From assembly GCA_021781455.1 (NCBI GenBank), contig JAJXWV010000047.1:158120-222119 (forward strand): a DNA stretch of 64,000 nucleotides. The letters are read 5' to 3'. This DNA comes from Acidobacteriota bacterium. Lineage in GTDB: Bacteria > Acidobacteriota > Thermoanaerobaculia > Gp7-AA8. Under the pieces are notes generated by a model, which saw only the letters and a list, made by a program, of their open reading frames with translations, was not told the origin of the DNA and did not search any database. Below, piece after piece: positions 11,797 through 21,127 of the stretch. Numbering within the stretch: the stretch's first letter is position 1; each line of letters begins with the position of its first letter. Position numbers and translations under genes: made by a program.

Positions 11797-12942
11797 TCAC
11801 CACCCCCGTACCGGTTTCCACTGCTCGACGATTGCTCCGTGCGCGACCACCTGGTAGGTGTCGTACATGGCCGCGGTCAGGCAGGAATGGTTGGGGATCA
11901 CGCGCACCATCGTTCCGATCGGCAGGCGGGCGATGGCGGACGGCTCGCCTTCGACCTTCCCGTGCTCCTGCGAGAGCGAGACGAGTTTCAGCGGGAGCGG
12001 CCTCAGCTCGAGATCGCAGACGATGCCGTAGCCGAAATTCGGATCGACGTGGTTGGGCCCGGCATCCTTCGACAACGCCAGCGCGCCGGCATCGAGCACG
12101 AGGGAGCGGCGCTCCGGATAGGAACCGATCACCGTCGCCAGCACCGACACCGCGCAATCGCCGAGCGCGCACGAGCCGATCGTCGCCTGGTAGGCATCGA
12201 AGAAGACGTAGTTGCCGGGGCGCACCTCGTCGCAGCCGGTGAAGCGATCGACGACCGAAGCCGTCGGCGTCGAGCCGATGCTGCGGATCAGATCGGGGCT
12301 GCCGAGGTGGTCGCGAAAGCTCGTCACGGCATCGGACTCCTCGTGCGCCACAGCCCGGATCTCGTCCGCGTTCCGGCCGGCGTAGGAGTGACCGGCATGC
12401 GCAAGAGCTCCGCGCAGACGTGTCGCGGGCGATTTCGCGATCGCCTGCGCGAGGGCGACGCTTGCCGGATCATCGGGATCGACTCCGGCGCGGTGCGAAC
12501 CGCAATCGATCTTCAGAAAGACGTCGAATGCAGCGCCGTGAGCGCAATGAAACTCTTCTACGGCGCGTAGAGTGCGCTCGTTGTCGAGCAGGATGTTCAC
12601 CCGCTCGACCTTCGCCGCCAGCGCCGCCACCCGCTCCAGCTTCTCCGGCGCGATCGGCACCGCGTAGGTGATGTCGCGGAATCCCGCCGCGGCGAAGAAC
12701 TCCCCCTCGGCCAGCGTCGACACCGTGATCGGCCCGATCGCACCGCCGTGCTGCATCCGCCCGATCTCCAGCGTCTTGTGCGTCTTGACGTGAGGCCGGA
12801 AGGCCACGCCGGAGCGCGCCGCCTTCTCGTGCATGCGGTCGCAATTGCGCCGGACGATGTCGCGATCGACGAGAAACAAGGGGGTCGTCAGTCCGGCGAA
12901 TTGAGAATTGAGAATTGAGAATTGAGAACGTTCGGATGCCAT
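11797..12942 (-). CDS. DSD1/D-threonine aldolase-like PLP enzyme (alanine racemase fold III)
   Basis: RPHVKTHK, HRAGV, HAGHSY, GSTPT, RPGNYVF, SQEHG and PNHSC motifs. The N-terminus includes repeat-encoded SQFSILNSQF. Confidence 0.88.
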   Translation of the reverse strand: MASERSQFSILNSQFAGLTTPLFLVDRDIVRRNCDRMHEKAARSGVAFRPHVKTHKTLEIGRMQHGGAIGPITVSTLAEGEFFAAAGFRDITYAVPIAPEKLERVAALAAKVERVNILLDNERTLRAVEEFHCAHGAAFDVFLKIDCGSHRAGVDPDDPASVALAQAIAKSPATRLRGALAHAGHSYAGRNADEIRAVAHEESDAVTSFRDHLGSPDLIRSIGSTPTASVVDRFTGCDEVRPGNYVFFDAYQATIGSCALGDCAVSVLATVIGSYPERRSLVLDAGALALSKDAGPNHVDPNFGYGIVCDLELRPLPLKLVSLSQEHGKVEGEPSAIARLPIGTMVRVIPNHSCLTAAMYDTYQVVAHGAIVEQWKPVRGW

Positions 12943-12982
12943 ACGCTCATTTTCTCAATTCTCAATTCTCAATTCTCAATTC
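12898..12982. repeat. Two-armed heptamer array (GAGAATT)n - spacer - (CAATTCT)n
   Basis: Inverted arms between divergent genes; the spacer contains the ATG of the minus-strand gene. Confidence 0.92.
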
Positions 12983-12993
12983 AAAATCTAGCC

Positions 12994-14064
12994 GTGCGAA
13001 AGATCCTTCACATCGACATGGACGCCTTCTACGCGTCGGTCGAGCAGCGCGATGACCCGTCGCTGAAGGGACGGCCGGTGATCGTCGGCTGGCCGGGACA
13101 GAGGAGCGTGGTCTGCGCGGCGTCATACGAGGCGCGGAAGTTCGGCGTGCACTCGGCCATGCCCGCGCTGAGGGCCCGCCGCCTCTGTCCCACGGCGGTC
13201 TTCATCCATCCCGATTTCGACAAATACCGCGCCGTGTCGCGGAAGATCCGGGAGATCTTCGAGCGCCACACCCCGCTGGTCGAGCCGCTCTCGCTCGACG
13301 AGGCCTACCTCGACGTCACGGTCGAGCTCACCGGCATCCCGACGGCCACCGAGACTGCCGAGAAGATTCGCGCCGAGATCCGGGAGGAAACGCAGCTGAC
13401 TGCCTCCGCCGGCGTCGCTCCCAACAAGTTCCTGGCCAAGATCGCCTCGGACTGGAAGAAACCCGACGGCTGCTTCGTCATCAGGCCGCACCAGGTCGAG
13501 AGCTTTCTCACTCCCCTCCCCGTCCGCAAGATCCCAGGCGTCGGCAAGGCCACCGAGCAGGTGCTGACCGACATGGGCATCGCCACGGTCGGCGACCTGC
13601 GCCAGTGGACCGAAGAGGAGCTCATCGCCCGGTTCGGAAAGTGGGGAACGCGCCTCTTCGAGCTCGCCCGCGGCATCGACGAGTCGCCGGTGGTCCCTTC
13701 GCGCAAGCGCAAGTCGTGGTCGAGTGAGAACACTTTCCAGAAGGACATCACGCTCGAAGAGGTCGCGGAGTATCTGCGGAGCGAGGCACACCATCTGTGG
13801 GAATCGCTCGAACAACGCTCGATCCACGGCCGTACGATCACGGTGAAGCTGCGCACCGGCGACTTTCAGACGGCGACACGCCGCCTGACGCCCGAAGCGC
13901 TTCCGGCAAGCGGAGACGAGCTCGCGACCATCGCCGTCGAGCTCCTCCAGCGATTCTCGTTTCCTCAGAACTCCCGCTACCGCCTCGCCGGCGTAGGCGT
14001 GTCGAACTTTCTCGACGAGGAGGAAGAGGAACCGGGGAGCGAGCCGGAGCTGTTTGGTGGGTGA
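12994..14064 (+). CDS. dinB: DNA polymerase IV
   Basis: ILHIDMDAFYASVE, ASYEARKFGV, SLDEAYLD and NKFLAKIASDWKKPDG motifs; GTG start at 12994. Confidence 0.95.
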   Translation: MRKILHIDMDAFYASVEQRDDPSLKGRPVIVGWPGQRSVVCAASYEARKFGVHSAMPALRARRLCPTAVFIHPDFDKYRAVSRKIREIFERHTPLVEPLSLDEAYLDVTVELTGIPTATETAEKIRAEIREETQLTASAGVAPNKFLAKIASDWKKPDGCFVIRPHQVESFLTPLPVRKIPGVGKATEQVLTDMGIATVGDLRQWTEEELIARFGKWGTRLFELARGIDESPVVPSRKRKSWSSENTFQKDITLEEVAEYLRSEAHHLWESLEQRSIHGRTITVKLRTGDFQTATRRLTPEALPASGDELATIAVELLQRFSFPQNSRYRLAGVGVSNFLDEEEEEPGSEPELFGG

Positions 14065-14069
14065 ACGTG

Positions 14070-14140
14070 GGTTACGCGGTTACGCGGTTGCGGGGTTACG
14101 AGGTGTATCTGGGCCCGCTCACCGCGGAACCGCGCAACCC
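14070..14140. repeat. Two-armed octamer array (GGTTRCGC-like)
   Basis: GGTTACGC GGTTACGC GGTTGCGG ... ACCGCGGA ACCGCGCA ACC; similar arrays at 24474-24516 and 47161-47242. Confidence 0.7.
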
Positions 14141-14248
14141 ATCCCCTCCTCGCCCTCCAACACATCCTTTCCGTGACATGAACCCTTCGTCCTAACGCTG
14201 CGATCCCTTACAATGCGCGCCGCTTTTGAACCGTCCGGGAGAGGTCAG

Positions 14249-15226
14249 ATGAACAAACAAACCATCACCGTCGCACAGTACGGCATCGGACCCATCGGTG
14301 CCGAGATCGCAAAGCTCCTGCTCACCAAACCGTGGATCAAGATCGTGGCCGCGGTCGACATCGATCCGGCCAAAGTCGGCAAGGACCTCGGTGAGGTCAT
14401 CGGCCTCGGTCGCCAGGTCGGCGTCAAGGTCACGAGCGAGCTCTCCGTCAAGCCCGACGTCGTCTGCCATTCCACCGGATCGCGCCTGCGCGACGTGCAG
14501 GGCCAGCTCAAGGATCTGCTCTCCCGCGGCTGCCATGTCGTGTCGACCTGCGAAGAGCTTTCCTTCCCGCTCGACGAGCCCATCCGCGAGGATCTCCAGC
14601 AGGTGGCTCGCTCCAAGAACGTCACGCTCCTCGGCACCGGCGTCAACCCGGGATTCGTCATGGACAAACTGCCGCTGACGGTCAGCGCCGTTTGCCAGCA
14701 GATCGAAAAAGTCGAGATCATCCGCATCCAGAACGCCTCCACCCGCCGCGAGCCGCTGCAGCGCAAGGTTGGGGCGGGCATGACCGTCGACGAGTTCAAG
14801 AAGGCCGTCGCCGCAGGCACGATCAAGCACATGGGGCTGCGCGAGTCGCTGATGATGGTCGGCAACGGCCTGGGCGTCGAGTTCGAGCACGTCACCGACG
14901 AAAAGATCGAGCCGATCGTCGCCGAGAAGGCCGTCGTGACTCAGTACCTGAAGGTCGCGCCCGGCCAGGTCGCCGGCGTGCACCAGACCATCTACGGCAA
15001 GGGACGGATCAACGTGAGCCTCGAGCTGCGGATGTACGTCGGCGCGGAAGCGGTGGCCGCCGACCGGGTGATCATCACCGGAGTTCCCGACATCGAGCTG
15101 CAGATCAAGGGCGGCGTGCACGGCGATCGCGCCACCGCGGCCATGGTCGTGAACTGCATCCCGCGCGTCGTCACCGCCCGCCCCGGCGTCCTGACCATGG
15201 ACGACATCCCGGTCAGCTTCCGGTAA
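14249..15226 (+). CDS. NAD(P)-dependent oxidoreductase, dihydrodipicolinate reductase/2,4-diaminopentanoate dehydrogenase-like
   Basis: YGIGPIG Rossmann motif; VVSTCEEL, GTGVNPGFVMD and GGVHGD.AT motifs. Confidence 0.82.
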   Translation: MNKQTITVAQYGIGPIGAEIAKLLLTKPWIKIVAAVDIDPAKVGKDLGEVIGLGRQVGVKVTSELSVKPDVVCHSTGSRLRDVQGQLKDLLSRGCHVVSTCEELSFPLDEPIREDLQQVARSKNVTLLGTGVNPGFVMDKLPLTVSAVCQQIEKVEIIRIQNASTRREPLQRKVGAGMTVDEFKKAVAAGTIKHMGLRESLMMVGNGLGVEFEHVTDEKIEPIVAEKAVVTQYLKVAPGQVAGVHQTIYGKGRINVSLELRMYVGAEAVAADRVIITGVPDIELQIKGGVHGDRATAAMVVNCIPRVVTARPGVLTMDDIPVSFR

Positions 15227-15255
15227 GGGAGCGCGAAGCGCTTTTCGCAGTGGGG

Positions 15256-15570
15256 CTTTGTCGAGGCGGCGGAGCCGCCGACATCATTTAGCGGCGGCCG
15301 TCAGGCCGCCGTCCGATCGGCCCGACCCGGCGTCCGAGCGCGCGCAGCGCGCGACAGATCTGAGGTCTGTTTCGCCGGCCTTCTGTCGGGCACTTCGTGC
15401 CCTCGTACGCTGATGCGATCGCTTGCTCCGGCGGCCTGACGCCGGCGCTCCGGCGGCCTGACGGCCGCCGCTAAATTCTCACGGCGGCTACGCCGCCTTC
15501 AATCTCGGCGCTCCACGGCTTCAGTGGCATTTTCGACATTTCTTCGGACCACTGAGAATCCTGAAGACCC
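15256..15570 (+). repeat. Family D ~300-bp multi-hairpin element, copy 1
   Basis: Colinear with 39896-40180; 25-bp perfect inverted repeat at 15287-15311 / 15451-15475. Confidence 0.88.
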
Positions 15571-15590
15571 AAAATCATTAGTCTCCAATC

Positions 15591-15845
15591 TCAGATCCGC
15601 GGGCTCTTCCGCATCACCGCGCACACGATGAGCGATGCCACTCCCACCGCAGCCCAGAGCACGATCCACCCGATGGGCGCCGATCGCATCCAGTTCCACA
15701 TGGCCAGGGTCAGCGACCAGAGACCATAGACGAGCAGGAACATCAGGCGATGCCGGCGATCGTCTTCCACGCCGGCGGCGATGCTGCCACCGAGGATGAT
15801 GGCGGGGACGACGCCGAGGAGGAGGTTCAGGATGAGCGCTGTCAC
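15591..15845 (-). CDS. Small membrane protein, hypothetical
   Basis: 84 aa with three hydrophobic segments and coding-like codon usage. Confidence 0.65.
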   Translation of the reverse strand: MTALILNLLLGVVPAIILGGSIAAGVEDDRRHRLMFLLVYGLWSLTLAMWNWMRSAPIGWIVLWAAVGVASLIVCAVMRKSPRI

Positions 15846-15926
15846 GAATTTAGGATTTCAGATTGATGATTTATGAACCGCAGAGTCTTCATCGGTTCAT
15901 AAATCATCAATCTCAGATCTCAAATC
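15846..15926. repeat. Degenerate two-armed heptamer array (GATT-type) with 21-bp perfect stem
   Basis: AGATTGATGATTTATGAACCG (15860-15880) pairs with CGGTTCATAAATCATCAATCT (15893-15913). Confidence 0.82.
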
Positions 15927-15930
15927 GGTC

Positions 15931-16860
15931 TCAGCTTCGGTAGCGCACGTCGATGACCTTGCGCACGACGTCCTTGGCGGCGTTGGGGAGGTTCTGCACG
16001 CGGGTCAGGACGTCGTTGAAGGCGTGCGATTCGCCGCCGTGCCTGAAGCACTCCGCGCAGCGGGGCAGCTGCGTGAAATCTCGGCGGTCGAACATCGCCT
16101 GCATCGCCACCATCCGCTCGCTCTCGACGATCTCGCGGAGCGACTGGGTCTTGAGGTCGCCCAGGATCTGCTCGCCGTGGGCGTCGTAGCAGCAGTGGGT
16201 CACGCGACCGTCGGCGAAGATCACCACCCAGGTGAAGAAGGCGCCCTGCACGCAGCCGTAGAACTTGCCGTGAAGGTCCGTCTCCTCGTTGACGTCGAGC
16301 GCCTCACAGGTCTTCTCGATCACGCGTGCGTTCCGGAACTGCCTGAGGTCGAACAGACGGCGGAAATCGTCGACGGTCTCGTCGAGCGTCAGCCGCGATC
16401 GCATCTTCTGGATCTCGATGCGGATCGCTTCCCCTTTGGCCTGGGCCAGAAACTTCCGCGTCAGCTCGACCAGGCGGTCGAAGTCGCCGCCAGTCCGCAG
16501 CTGCGGATAGACCTCCGGGTTCACTGAGTCGACACAGATGCGGATGCGTTTGAGCGGAGTATTCAGCAGCCTCGCTCCGATCTCGGGAGTCAGCACCAGG
16601 CCGTTGGTGCTCAGGCTTGCTTCGGGAAAGAGGCGGATGGCATCGTCGATGCGCGAGTAGAGCAGCGGCTCGCCCATCTCGTGCAGCCACTTCAGGCGCA
16701 GCCCCAGGCCGTGGATCTCCTTCTCGGACTTCTCGACGAGTGGCCAGACCATGTCCTCGTACGGCCGGCGGAGCACCGGCAGCGGGCACATGCCGCAACG
16801 GAGGTTGCACTTGGAGGTCAGCTCGAGGCCGACCTTGATGCGGCGAGGGTTCATTTTCAT
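15931..16860 (-). CDS. Radical SAM protein with SPASM/twitch domain
   Basis: CNLRCGMC, GEPL, STNG and C...ADGRVTHCC.D...CAEC motifs; start trimmed to ATG 16860. Confidence 0.9.
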   Translation of the reverse strand: MKMNPRRIKVGLELTSKCNLRCGMCPLPVLRRPYEDMVWPLVEKSEKEIHGLGLRLKWLHEMGEPLLYSRIDDAIRLFPEASLSTNGLVLTPEIGARLLNTPLKRIRICVDSVNPEVYPQLRTGGDFDRLVELTRKFLAQAKGEAIRIEIQKMRSRLTLDETVDDFRRLFDLRQFRNARVIEKTCEALDVNEETDLHGKFYGCVQGAFFTWVVIFADGRVTHCCYDAHGEQILGDLKTQSLREIVESERMVAMQAMFDRRDFTQLPRCAECFRHGGESHAFNDVLTRVQNLPNAAKDVVRKVIDVRYRS

Positions 16861-16885
16861 GGGATCGGGATCCGGGCCGAAGATC

Positions 16886-16921
16886 GAATATTGAATGTTC
16901 AACATTCAACATTCAACATTC
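16886..16921. repeat. Short two-armed heptamer array (TTGAATG)/(CAACATT)n
   Basis: Read directly; encodes the glycosyltransferase C-terminus MLNVEC*. Confidence 0.85.
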
Positions 16922-18170
16922 CTTTTCGGCCACTCCCGGTCACCAAGTGCGTAAACACTCGTCCGTATTCCTCCCACGAGTACCTCGCGGCCGCGGCCGC
17001 GGCCGCGCGCTCCATCGATGCGCGATCGCCCTGCGCGAAGAAGCCGTCGATTGCGCGGGCCAGTGCGTCTGGATCGTCCGGCGGGACCAGGTATCCGTTC
17101 TCCCCTTCCCGGATGATCTCCGGCAATCCGCCGACGGTCGTGGCGATGACCGGCCGCGCGAAGTGGAACGCGGTCAGCGCCACGCCGCTCTGCGCCTCGA
17201 TCCTGTACGGCGCGAGCACAACGTCCGCGGCGGCAAAGTACGTCGCGATTTCCGAGTCCGGAATGAAGCGAAAATCGAAGCGGACCCTGTCATCCCGAGC
17301 GCCAGCCCCGTCATCCCGAGCGTCAGCGAGGGATCTGGGCGGGTGGGCGGCGCCGAACTCGTTCATCGCGCGCCCCGCCCTCCCAGATTCCTCGCTCCGC
17401 TCGGAATGACAGAGGCCAAGCTCTCGCGCCAGTCGCCGATACTCCTCCTCCCCCTTCCACCACGCCTCCCCGGCGACGAGGAGCAGGGCATCCTCGGTCC
17501 TGAGTTTCGCCCAGGCTCGCAGCGCGACATCGAGGGCCTTGAACGGGCGCACGTGGCCGAAGAAGAGGGCCACGTTTTTCGAGGCCACGCCGAGCTCCGC
17601 ACGCGCTGTCAGGCGCGACGGGACTTCTCCGCCTAACTCGTGGACGGGAAGGAACGTGACCTCGACCGCGGCTCTCCCGCGGACTCTCCGCTCAGCCTCT
17701 TCCCCTTCGCTCCTGGCGTGCACGACGAGAACGTCCGCCCTGCGCAGGACGCGATTGGTCAGCGCGCGCTTCCACCACGACGGCTCCTTCTCGCCGATGT
17801 TGTGGCACTGCAGGATCACGCGCGTGCGGCGCGGCAGAAACGCCAGGATCGCCAGATACGGCAGCGCCCAGACCCAGATCCACCAGACGAAGATGACGGC
17901 GTCCGGCCGGGCACGGCGCAGTTCCCGTCCCGTGTCGATCCACGTCAGCGGATTCACCACGTCGAGGTCGAAACGGGCGCCCTGCGGAGCCTTCGCGCGA
18001 AGCGTCTCATCGATGTCGTCGCCGCCCGGATAGAAGCGCCTGGGATACTGCCGCTTGAACGACACGACCGCGACGTCATGCGATTTCCCGAGCTCCGCCG
18101 CCAGCCGTGTCGTGCAATAGGCAATGCCCGCGCGGTACGGATAGACGGGGCCGATGAGGGCGACGTTCAC
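16899..18170 (-). CDS. GT4 family glycosyltransferase carrying an in-frame palindromic insertion
   Basis: GP.YPYRAGIA, LFFGHVRPFK, AADVVLAPY...QSGV and PVIATTVGGLPEII motifs. Confidence 0.9.
   Translation of the reverse strand: MNVALIGPVYPYRAGIAYCTTRLAAELGKSHDVAVVSFKRQYPRRFYPGGDDIDETLRAKAPQGARFDLDVVNPLTWIDTGRELRRARPDAVIFVWWIWVWALPYLAILAFLPRRTRVILQCHNIGEKEPSWWKRALTNRVLRRADVLVVHARSEGEEAERRVRGRAAVEVTFLPVHELGGEVPSRLTARAELGVASKNVALFFGHVRPFKALDVALRAWAKLRTEDALLLVAGEAWWKGEEEYRRLARELGLCHSERSEESGRAGRAMNEFGAAHPPRSLADARDDGAGARDDRVRFDFRFIPDSEIATYFAAADVVLAPYRIEAQSGVALTAFHFARPVIATTVGGLPEIIREGENGYLVPPDDPDALARAIDGFFAQGDRASMERAAAAAAARYSWEEYGRVFTHLVTGSGRKGMLNVEC
17288..17411. repeat. Family A2 palindromic element inside a CDS
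   Basis: TGTCATCCCGAGC...GCGAGGGATCTGGG...CCCAGATTCCTCGCT...GCTCGGAATGACA; homologous to intergenic copies at 46296 and 62728. Confidence 0.9.
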
Positions 18171-18224
18171 GCGGGTCTGAGTCTATCGCGGCGTGGACAT
18201 TGAGCTCTGAACGCACAGGCGTTG

Positions 18225-18303
18225 TTTAACCACAGAGAGCACAGAGGACACGGAGACTTCGGGTCAGAACTGCTCTGTGATCTCTGTGCGCTCTGTGGTT
18301 AAA
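18225..18303. repeat. Two-armed 9-mer array: TTTAACCACAGAG(NNCACRGAG)2 ... (CTCTGTGNN)2CTCTGTGGTTAAA
   Basis: Three 9-bp units per arm, inverted, with a ~17-nt spacer. Confidence 0.88.
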
Positions 18304-18321
18304 AACACACGAGCATCCAGC

Positions 18322-19401
18322 CTAAGCCGACAGGAAACTCATCACTGTCGACACACCGTACGCGCCCCACGTCCGCCAGTCGAACACCAGCGACGACGAC
18401 ATGAAGCAGGAGTGCGTGCAGTGGCACTCCCTGGCGCGGATCGATTTGCGCTGCGCGTCGGCGGCCTCGGAGAACCACAGCTTACCGAAGTCGTAGCCGG
18501 CGTCGCGGACGTTGCCGACGGCCTCGCGCAACTCGCACATGCGCACTTCGCCGCGCGCGTCGAGCACGCCCGACACCAGCCCGGCGTGGCACGGCCGCAC
18601 CTGCGTCTCCTGCTCGAGGACGGCCAGCTCCATGCGCCGCGAGTACATCTTCACGAACTTCAGGAAGCCATCGTAGTTCCGGAACGAACTCCAGTAGGCC
18701 TCGAGCTTCGGCAGCAGCTCGCGGTAGCGTTCCGTCGAGATCGGCTGGATGTTCTTGTCGGGCTGGTCGCCGCGGAGCATCTCGAACGAGTGGAACGAGA
18801 CCTCCGGAAAGTCGCGCCTGACGCCGGCGAACATCACGTCGAGATCGTCGGCGTTGAATGTGCACAGGCACGTGTGCACGTTCACGGTCAGGTTCGGGTA
18901 GCGCTTCCTGAGCGGGATGAGGTTGGCGTAGGTCTTCTTCGCCTTTTCGTAATTTCCGGGAACGCCGCGGATCCAGTCGTGCTTGTCCCCGATGTGGTCG
19001 ATCGAGAGATTGACCACGATCTGCGTGTCGGGGCAGCGCTGCACGGTCGCCTCCACAGCCCGGCCGATCAGGTCGCTGGCGATTGCGCCGGTGGGGATGG
19101 TGATCTGCTTGGCGTGGTTCATCGTCGAGAGCGCTTCGCAGACCTCCGGAAGATCGCGCCGGAGAAACGGCTCGCCGCCGCTCATGACCACGAACAGAAG
19201 GTCGCCCAGCGAGGCGAAGGTGCGCTTGAGCTCGTCGAGGGAAAGCTCCTGGTCCTTGTTCTTCCGCAACTGCTCCCAGTTGAAGCAGGTGCGGCAGAAC
19301 GAGTTGCAGTCGTAGGTCAGGCCGATGATCAGGTACACCGGCTTCATCCCGCGCTTGCGGACCAAGTACCGCAGGTACTTCGCCTTGTCGTTGAACTTCA
19401 T
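18322..19401 (-). CDS. Radical SAM protein with SPASM-like C-terminus
   Basis: CNSFCRTC, SGGEPFLRRDL, HDWIRGVPG and CHAG...GEVRMCE...CHCTHSC motifs; start trimmed to ATG 19401. Confidence 0.9.
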   Translation of the reverse strand: MKFNDKAKYLRYLVRKRGMKPVYLIIGLTYDCNSFCRTCFNWEQLRKNKDQELSLDELKRTFASLGDLLFVVMSGGEPFLRRDLPEVCEALSTMNHAKQITIPTGAIASDLIGRAVEATVQRCPDTQIVVNLSIDHIGDKHDWIRGVPGNYEKAKKTYANLIPLRKRYPNLTVNVHTCLCTFNADDLDVMFAGVRRDFPEVSFHSFEMLRGDQPDKNIQPISTERYRELLPKLEAYWSSFRNYDGFLKFVKMYSRRMELAVLEQETQVRPCHAGLVSGVLDARGEVRMCELREAVGNVRDAGYDFGKLWFSEAADAQRKSIRARECHCTHSCFMSSSLVFDWRTWGAYGVSTVMSFLSA

Positions 19402-19437
19402 TCGAGTGCCGGCACTGTAAACCACGCTTCGCGCGCG

Positions 19438-19631
19438 TGTCATCCTGAGCCGGCGCAGCCGCGGGGAAGGAAGGGCCGGCGGAGCGGCGAAGTACGGCGA
19501 AGGACCCCGAGGTTCCGCCGCCGATGCCTTCACCAGTAACAAACCTCGGGGTCCTTCGCCGTCCTCCGCCGCTACGCCCCCACCCACCGACCCCGCGGCT
19601 CCGGCGGCTCAGGATGACACCGGGATGACAC
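19438..19631. repeat. Family A variant element
   Basis: TGTCATCCTGAGCCG...GGCGAAGGACCCCGAGG / CCTCGGGGTCCTTCGCC...CGGCTCAGGATGACAC. Confidence 0.85.
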
Positions 19632-19658
19632 TGCTCTCTCCGATACAATCGCGCCGCC

Positions 19659-21125
19659 ATGAAAGTCGACATCAGCCGCGATCCCAAACTCTCCAAACTC
19701 GACCATCTGTTCGCCCTCGTCCCAGAGAAGACCGCGGACATCAATGTCTCTCCCGATCTGGCCGGAATCGTGAAGCAGGCCATCGACGATTCCGGGTTCG
19801 AAGGCCGCACCGACGAGTCGATCACCATCCTCGCCGAGCAGCCGCGCAAGGTGACACTCATCGGCCTCGGCAAGCCCGATTCGCTGAACATCCGCGGCGT
19901 CCGCGCGGCGCTGTACAACGTTGCCAAGATCGCGAAGAAGCACCACGACCGGACCATCGCCGTGGTCGCTCCGTTCGCGCTCCCGAAGCTTGACGGCAGG
20001 GACCCGCGCGTCCTCGCCGAATATCTCGCCGCTGCCGACTACAAGTACGACACCTACATCACCCAGAACAAGGACAAGAAGAGCGGGCCGATCGCGGCAA
20101 CGCTCGTCGTCACCGAGGGTACCGACTCGAAAGCGATCCGCCGCGATCAGAAGGAAGCGCAGGCCATCGCCGATGCCGTCCGCACCGTCCGCGACCTCGG
20201 CAACGCTCCCGGCAACCTGGCCACGCCCGCCTTCATCGCCCGGCGTGCCGAGGAGGTGGCGAAGGAAGTGGGAGTGAAGTGCACCGTCCATGGCCGCGCC
20301 GCCATCGAAAAGATGAAGATGGGCGGCCTGCTCGCGGTCAACCGCGGATCGGCCGAGGAGCCGCGCTTCATCGTCCTCGAATACGCACCGCGCCGCGCAA
20401 AGCAGCACGTGGCCCTGGTCGGCAAGGGCATCACCTTCGACTCCGGCGGAATCTCCATCAAGCCCTCCGAGAAGATGGAAGAGATGAAGTTCGACATGTG
20501 CGGAGCCGCGGCCGTGATCGGCACGATCCAGGCGGCGGCCCGCCTCGAAATCCCGGTGAAGATCACCGGCCTGATTCCCTCGACCGAGAATCTTCCCGGC
20601 GGCCGCGCCTACAAGCCCGGCGACATCATCACCATGATGAGCGGCAAGACCGTCGAGGTCGTCAACACCGACGCAGAAGGGCGGATGATCCTGGCCGATG
20701 CCCTGCACTACGCATCGAAGCTGAAGCCGAACCACATTCTCGACTACGCCACGCTGACCGGCGCCTGCGTGGTCGCTCTCGGCAGCGAGGCGGCCGGACT
20801 CTTCTCGAATAATGACGAGCTGGCTCAAAAGTTGATTGAATGCGGTGAGCGCGTCGGTGAGCGTCTCTGGCGCCTTCCGGAATGGGACTCGTACAAAGAC
20901 CTGATTCGCAGCGAATGGGCGGATATGAAGAACTCGGGCGGCCGCTGGGGCGGCGCGAGCTCGGCCGCGCTGTTTCTGAAGGAGTTCGTCAACTGTCCGT
21001 CATGGGCACATCTGGACATCGCCGGGACCGCCTACGCCGAGGGAGAGAACGCGCGGGAGCCGAAGGGAGCGACCGGCGCGGGCGTACGCGTCACCATCGA
21101 GTTCCTGCAGTCGCTGTTGCGCTGA
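19659..21125 (+). CDS. pepA: Leucyl aminopeptidase (M17)
   Basis: VGKGITFDSGGISIKP, MKFDMCGAA, NTDAEGR, ATLTGAC and WAHLDIAG motifs. Confidence 0.95.
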   Translation: MKVDISRDPKLSKLDHLFALVPEKTADINVSPDLAGIVKQAIDDSGFEGRTDESITILAEQPRKVTLIGLGKPDSLNIRGVRAALYNVAKIAKKHHDRTIAVVAPFALPKLDGRDPRVLAEYLAAADYKYDTYITQNKDKKSGPIAATLVVTEGTDSKAIRRDQKEAQAIADAVRTVRDLGNAPGNLATPAFIARRAEEVAKEVGVKCTVHGRAAIEKMKMGGLLAVNRGSAEEPRFIVLEYAPRRAKQHVALVGKGITFDSGGISIKPSEKMEEMKFDMCGAAAVIGTIQAAARLEIPVKITGLIPSTENLPGGRAYKPGDIITMMSGKTVEVVNTDAEGRMILADALHYASKLKPNHILDYATLTGACVVALGSEAAGLFSNNDELAQKLIECGERVGERLWRLPEWDSYKDLIRSEWADMKNSGGRWGGASSAALFLKEFVNCPSWAHLDIAGTAYAEGENAREPKGATGAGVRVTIEFLQSLLR

Positions 21126-21127
21126 TC

